A stretch of 63,033 nucleotides of DNA, the filler included, from Chrysochromulina tobinii (Eukaryota): the NCBI GenBank assembly GCA_001275005.1. It is 12 parts of 12 records of this genome, joined end to end, with 100 filler letters (N's around TTAATTAATTAA, not from the genome) between each part and the next. Parts side by side here need not be neighbours in the genome. Positions count along the whole stretch, not along the records: positions 51,176 to 60,528 come from JWZX01000277.1; positions 60,629 to 63,033 come from JWZX01000283.1; 10 more parts are not named here. One strand, written 5' to 3'. This document shows positions 59,286 through 63,033 of the stretch, one piece after another. A model generated the notes under the pieces. The model searched no databases and was not told the origin of the DNA. It was given only the letters and a program-made list of their open reading frames with translations. Position numbers and translations under genes: made by a program. Numbering within the stretch: position 1 is the stretch's first letter; each line of letters begins with the position of its first letter.

Positions 59286-60528
59286 ATGGAGCACAACGAC
59301 ACGTACCATTCGGCCCTTTCGGATGTGCACGCACTCTCGGATCCGCTAATGCGAGGTGACCCGCTCCATGTTGCGATTCCCGTCTCTCGAAAGGAGCGCC
59401 GCGCGCGGCTCAGGCTGCTAATGGGCTCTTACATCATCCTCTTCCTGCGCTACACGATCGCCACGTTCCTCTCGAGCTTCTTCACGAGCGTGGCGCCGGG
59501 CTCCGATTTCTCGGGTACCATGAATGGCCTCATCTTCGCGGCGTACCCCTTGGGGATGGCGATCACGTCCGTCTTTGCGCCGCTTGTGATCATGCGCATC
59601 GGCACGTGCGTCTCGGTGTTCGTGGGGCTGCTCGCGACATCAGGGTTAACGGTGGCCTTTGGGCTCGTGCCCGACCTGCTCCCGCACTGGCGAGAGCACC
59701 AGCAGGCCTCTAACTACGACTGGTTGCCCCCAATGGAGGCCATCTTCTTTGCCACCTACTTTCTCAACGGGCTGGTCGGCTCCTTGGCAGAGACGGCGTG
59801 CTTGATACTCGTGTCGGCCAAGTTTCAGAACAACTCGGGCGCAGTGATGGCTTCGGTCAATACCGTGTGCACTGTCGGCTGCATGCTCGGCCCCGTCGTC
59901 GGCGGCGTCCTGTACTCCCTTCCGAAGGACGACGTGTGGGCCTTCAGGTTGCCCTTTATCGTCTGCGGCGCTATCCCGCTGGCGATGCTGCCGTTCGTGC
60001 CATTCCTCATCCCCCAAGAGTACATCTCGGGGAAAACAGGGGACACACCGCCCACGCAGGATCAGCCTGACGCGAGCGGCGCCGGCAGCGTCAGCGTCAA
60101 CGGCAGCGTCAGCGTCAACGGCACCAGCACCGCGGTTGCCGCCCACGAGGTCAAAACGCTCCCCCTCACCGCCTCCGTGGGGTTCGGGCTGGCGTCGATC
60201 GCGCTCTCGGGCACGATCGTGGGCACTCTGGACCCTACGCTGCAGTGGCGGCTGAGTGCGGCGCCCTTTCGCTTCCAGCCGGACGGCGTGTCGCTCTTCT
60301 TCTTCTACTCATCGGTCGTGTACGTGCTCACGGCGACCCCCATCGGCCGGCTCGTAGACAAGGCCAAACCCTCCTCGCGTCTTTACAAGTTTATCACGGC
60401 CACCGGCTTCTTCGTCCTCTTCCTCAGCTTCTTCCTCCTCGGACCGTTTCGTCCTTCCGCCTTCTACAGCTTTCGTCACTCCAAGGGTGTTGACGACCTT
60501 TTTGAGGACAAGCTCAACAACCTGCCTT
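59286..60528 (+). CDS. MFS transporter (SLC18B1-like); 3' partial, start uncertain
   Basis: Multiple TM helices; GLIFAAYPLG, GCMLGPVVGGVLY, FRLPF, LDPTL, PIGRLVDK. Confidence 0.85.
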
Positions 60529-60628
60529 NNNNNNNNNNNNNNNNNNNNNNNNNNNNNNNNNNNNNNNNNNNNTTAATTAATTAANNNNNNNNNNNNNNNN
60601 NNNNNNNNNNNNNNNNNNNNNNNNNNNN

Positions 60629-60860
60629 GCGCTGCCAAAGCCGCCGTCGCCGCCGCCGAAGCCGCTATCCCCATCGCCGAAGCCGCCGTCTGCGCTGCCA
60701 AAGCCACCGTCGCCGCCGCCGAAGCCGCCGTCGCCACCGCCGAAGCCGCTATCCTCATCGCCAAAGCCGACGTCTGCGCTGCCAAAGCCGCCGTCGTCAC
60801 CGCCGAAGCCGCTATCCCCATTGCCAAAGCCGCCGTTGGCACCACCGAAGCCGCCAGCTG
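60629..60860 (-). repeat. 21-nt coding repeat (GGFGxxD heptapeptide)
   Basis: About eleven copies running into the linker. Confidence 0.8.
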
Positions 60861-63033
60861 CGCTGCCGACGCCACCGTAGGAGAGGCTACTGGCCATTTT
60901 GAGTGGGCTGGGCGTCCTTGATGGCGGGGTTGGCAGTTTGGTGAGCACATCAGCATACGTGGGGCTCCGTCTGCCGGGCGGGGTTGTGGCAACGATCACG
61001 GCCGGGCGGGGGAGTGGGGGAGCGACTAGCGATGGTGTGGCCGGTAGTGGGGCGGGGGCCGACAGAATCGCGTCGACCTCAGCCTCAATCTCGCAGCGAC
61101 GGTCCAGTGACGGCACGTCGCCGACCGGGCTGCTGTCGCCTGTAGACGACTGGAAGGCGAGGACACCCACCTGTGGGGAGGGAGGGTGCCGTGGTGAGCA
61201 CTTGCATGCAGGCTGCTGTGGCCATTGGACGACTGGAAGGCGAGGACACCCACCTGCTTCGGCGCTTTGTCCCGGCGCCGTTGTGTCGGCTTTTCGGGTT
61301 TCGAAGAGGGTTCGGCAGGACGCTCGGCCGGACGCGACAACTCGACAAGGCCAATCTCCGCGCCGCGCCACGCCCTTTTTGGATCCACCGACGGCGTGAA
61401 CGGAGGGGGACGAAATGGCTGCGCCTTGAAGGACTGCTCGTGCGTGGGTGGTCCAGGCGACTGAGCAGACCACGCGCTGCTCAAGTGGCTAAGGCCTGTG
61501 TCCGGCGAACCGGCTGCTGGGGAGAAGGAGACGGGAGGTTGCCTCGAGAAGGCAGCGCTCGCCGGCGCGGGCGGCGGTGCACGACCGCCGAGCGCTGTGC
61601 CGAGCGCGGGCGGCGGTGCGTAGCCGCTGAGCGCGGGCGACGGCACGAAGTTCGCAGCGTTCACGGGTGGGCCGGCGGCGGTCACGGGGGGCGCGAAGAG
61701 CGTGACTTCCGAAGGCAGCTCGGAGTCCGCAGCGGCAGCGATGTGAGCTGCCATGTTATCTGCCGCGATGTCCGCAGCGAGCACGCCGTACTCGATGCCG
61801 GCGTCGTGTGCGGCAGGGGCTGCGGTCGGGGGACGAGCCCCCTGCACCATGAGCGTGTCATCCAAGAGAGAGAGTTTGGAGGTCGTTGGCGTCGTACGGA
61901 GTGCCGTTTCCGCCGTTGCCGCCTGCCGCGCGCGCGCTGACTCCACCTGCAGCGCACCGAGCTCACGCCTCATCGCATCCGATCGGGTGGACTCGACCGA
62001 AGCTTTCTGCTTGGTACGGTTCGATCGCGTCCCCATCAGCTCTTCCTCGAGCAGCTGCCGGCGCGCCTCACCCACCTGCTGCTGCAACTCCCGGTACTCG
62101 ACAGCGGGCGCAGTTGGCCGGCCATCCGCGCTGAGGTCGTTCGCGACCGTCGCGTCTATCTGCTGCTGCAGCACCCCGATCTCGGCCGTGAGCTGCGAGA
62201 GCTCCAAGTGCAATGGCGCCACCTGCTTCGACTCTACATGTGCCTGCTGCAGCAGCAGCGCCTGCGATTGCTTGAGCGCGCGCACCTCTTCGCGCGCCGT
62301 GATGAGCGCCCGGTTGAGCGCGTGCGCCTCGTCAAGCTGGGAAGCCATCCTCGTCTGCACCGCGGTCACCTCCCTCGCCAGCGCCTCGAGCTCTTGTGTG
62401 GCCGAGTGCAGCTCGTGCTGCTTCTCGCGCAGTGTGCCCGCGTACGATTCGCATTGGCCTCGGAGGGACGCGAGTCGGCGCAGGCACCACTCATGCTCCT
62501 TGGCGACCGCCGCGCGCTGCTGCTCGGTCGCCGCGATGCGCAGCTTGAGCTCCTCTGCTTCGCGATGGCGTGCGACCACGTGCACCGACACAGCCTGGAG
62601 GGCCCCCTTGGCGTCCCCGAGCTCGCGCACACGCCCCTCGAGCTCTATCGCTTGGAGCTGTATCTCGCCCGAGCTCGCTCGCTCCAGCGCGTCCCTCGCC
62701 GCACGCTCCGAGGCACGGTCGGCGCGGAGTGTGGCGGCGTCGAGGAACGACGGGTCTGCGCTCGAGAAGACATCGGCTGCGAGGTCCTGTGCGAAACTCA
62801 CCGCCATCGACGAGCCCGCGCTCCCGACGCTGAACGGAGACGAGGTGGTGGCTTCCGCGCCCGCCACGGCGCGCCCAGGCGTCCCCACCTCCAACCAGGG
62901 CTCCATCTCGTGCCGAGCCACCAACTCGTCAAAGTCAGCAGGGCGATCGTACTGGGACTCGCCCGCCTCGTTCCAGTTGCCGCTGGCGTTCTTGCCCTGT
63001 ACCAGACCATGGTGTCCGATGGAAGCACCCACC
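60629..63033 (-). CDS. Coiled-coil, Pro-rich and GGFG-repeat protein; partial; join(61254..63033,60629..61170)
   Basis: Removing the 83-nt intron joins ORF 61026..63032 in frame to ORF 60577..61473. Confidence 0.72.
61171..61253 (-). mobile_element. Family-2 duplication-flanked intron (83 nt)
   Basis: Exact 26-nt copy GTGGGTGTCCTCGCCTTCCAGTCGTC of the next exon; body GCATGCAAGTGCTCACCACGGC...CCCCACAG. Confidence 0.85.

Overview
GC-rich eukaryotic algal nuclear DNA, most likely a haptophyte (Chrysochromulina-like; inferred from gene content and intron style, not from a search). The window is not contiguous: 12 contigs are joined by eleven artificial 100-nt linkers (N44-TTAATTAATTAA-N44), so gene neighbourhood across linkers means nothing. 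Recognisable genes include a Qc-SNARE, RRP41, CIR1, a UPF0489 protein, a cNMP-binding protein, an imine-reductase-like dehydrogenase, a sulfotransferase, NTMT1, PRP16/DHX38, an F-type lectin, an anoctamin, a GNAT, a PHD-PHD/F-box-like protein, a RING protein, a homeobox plus Myb locus, a bacterial-type repeat protein, a GT23-like fucosyltransferase, GS-II, a PHB depolymerase and an MFS transporter. There are also chromoviral integrase, gag-like and P-like transposase relics. The main discovery is an apparent intron-generating system. Many introns begin with a 9-33 nt copy of the start of the next exon, which supplies the GT or GC donor, followed by a shared cassette that supplies the branch point and AG. 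Family 1 is (CTGATGACCN)n-CTGATTGCTTCCCTCATCAG. Family 2 is GCATGCAMGTGCTCACCACGGC...CCCCACAG. Several introns are head-to-tail stacks of complete mini-introns joined at AG|GT. All gene and splice calls were made by eye from reading-frame restoration and motif recognition.
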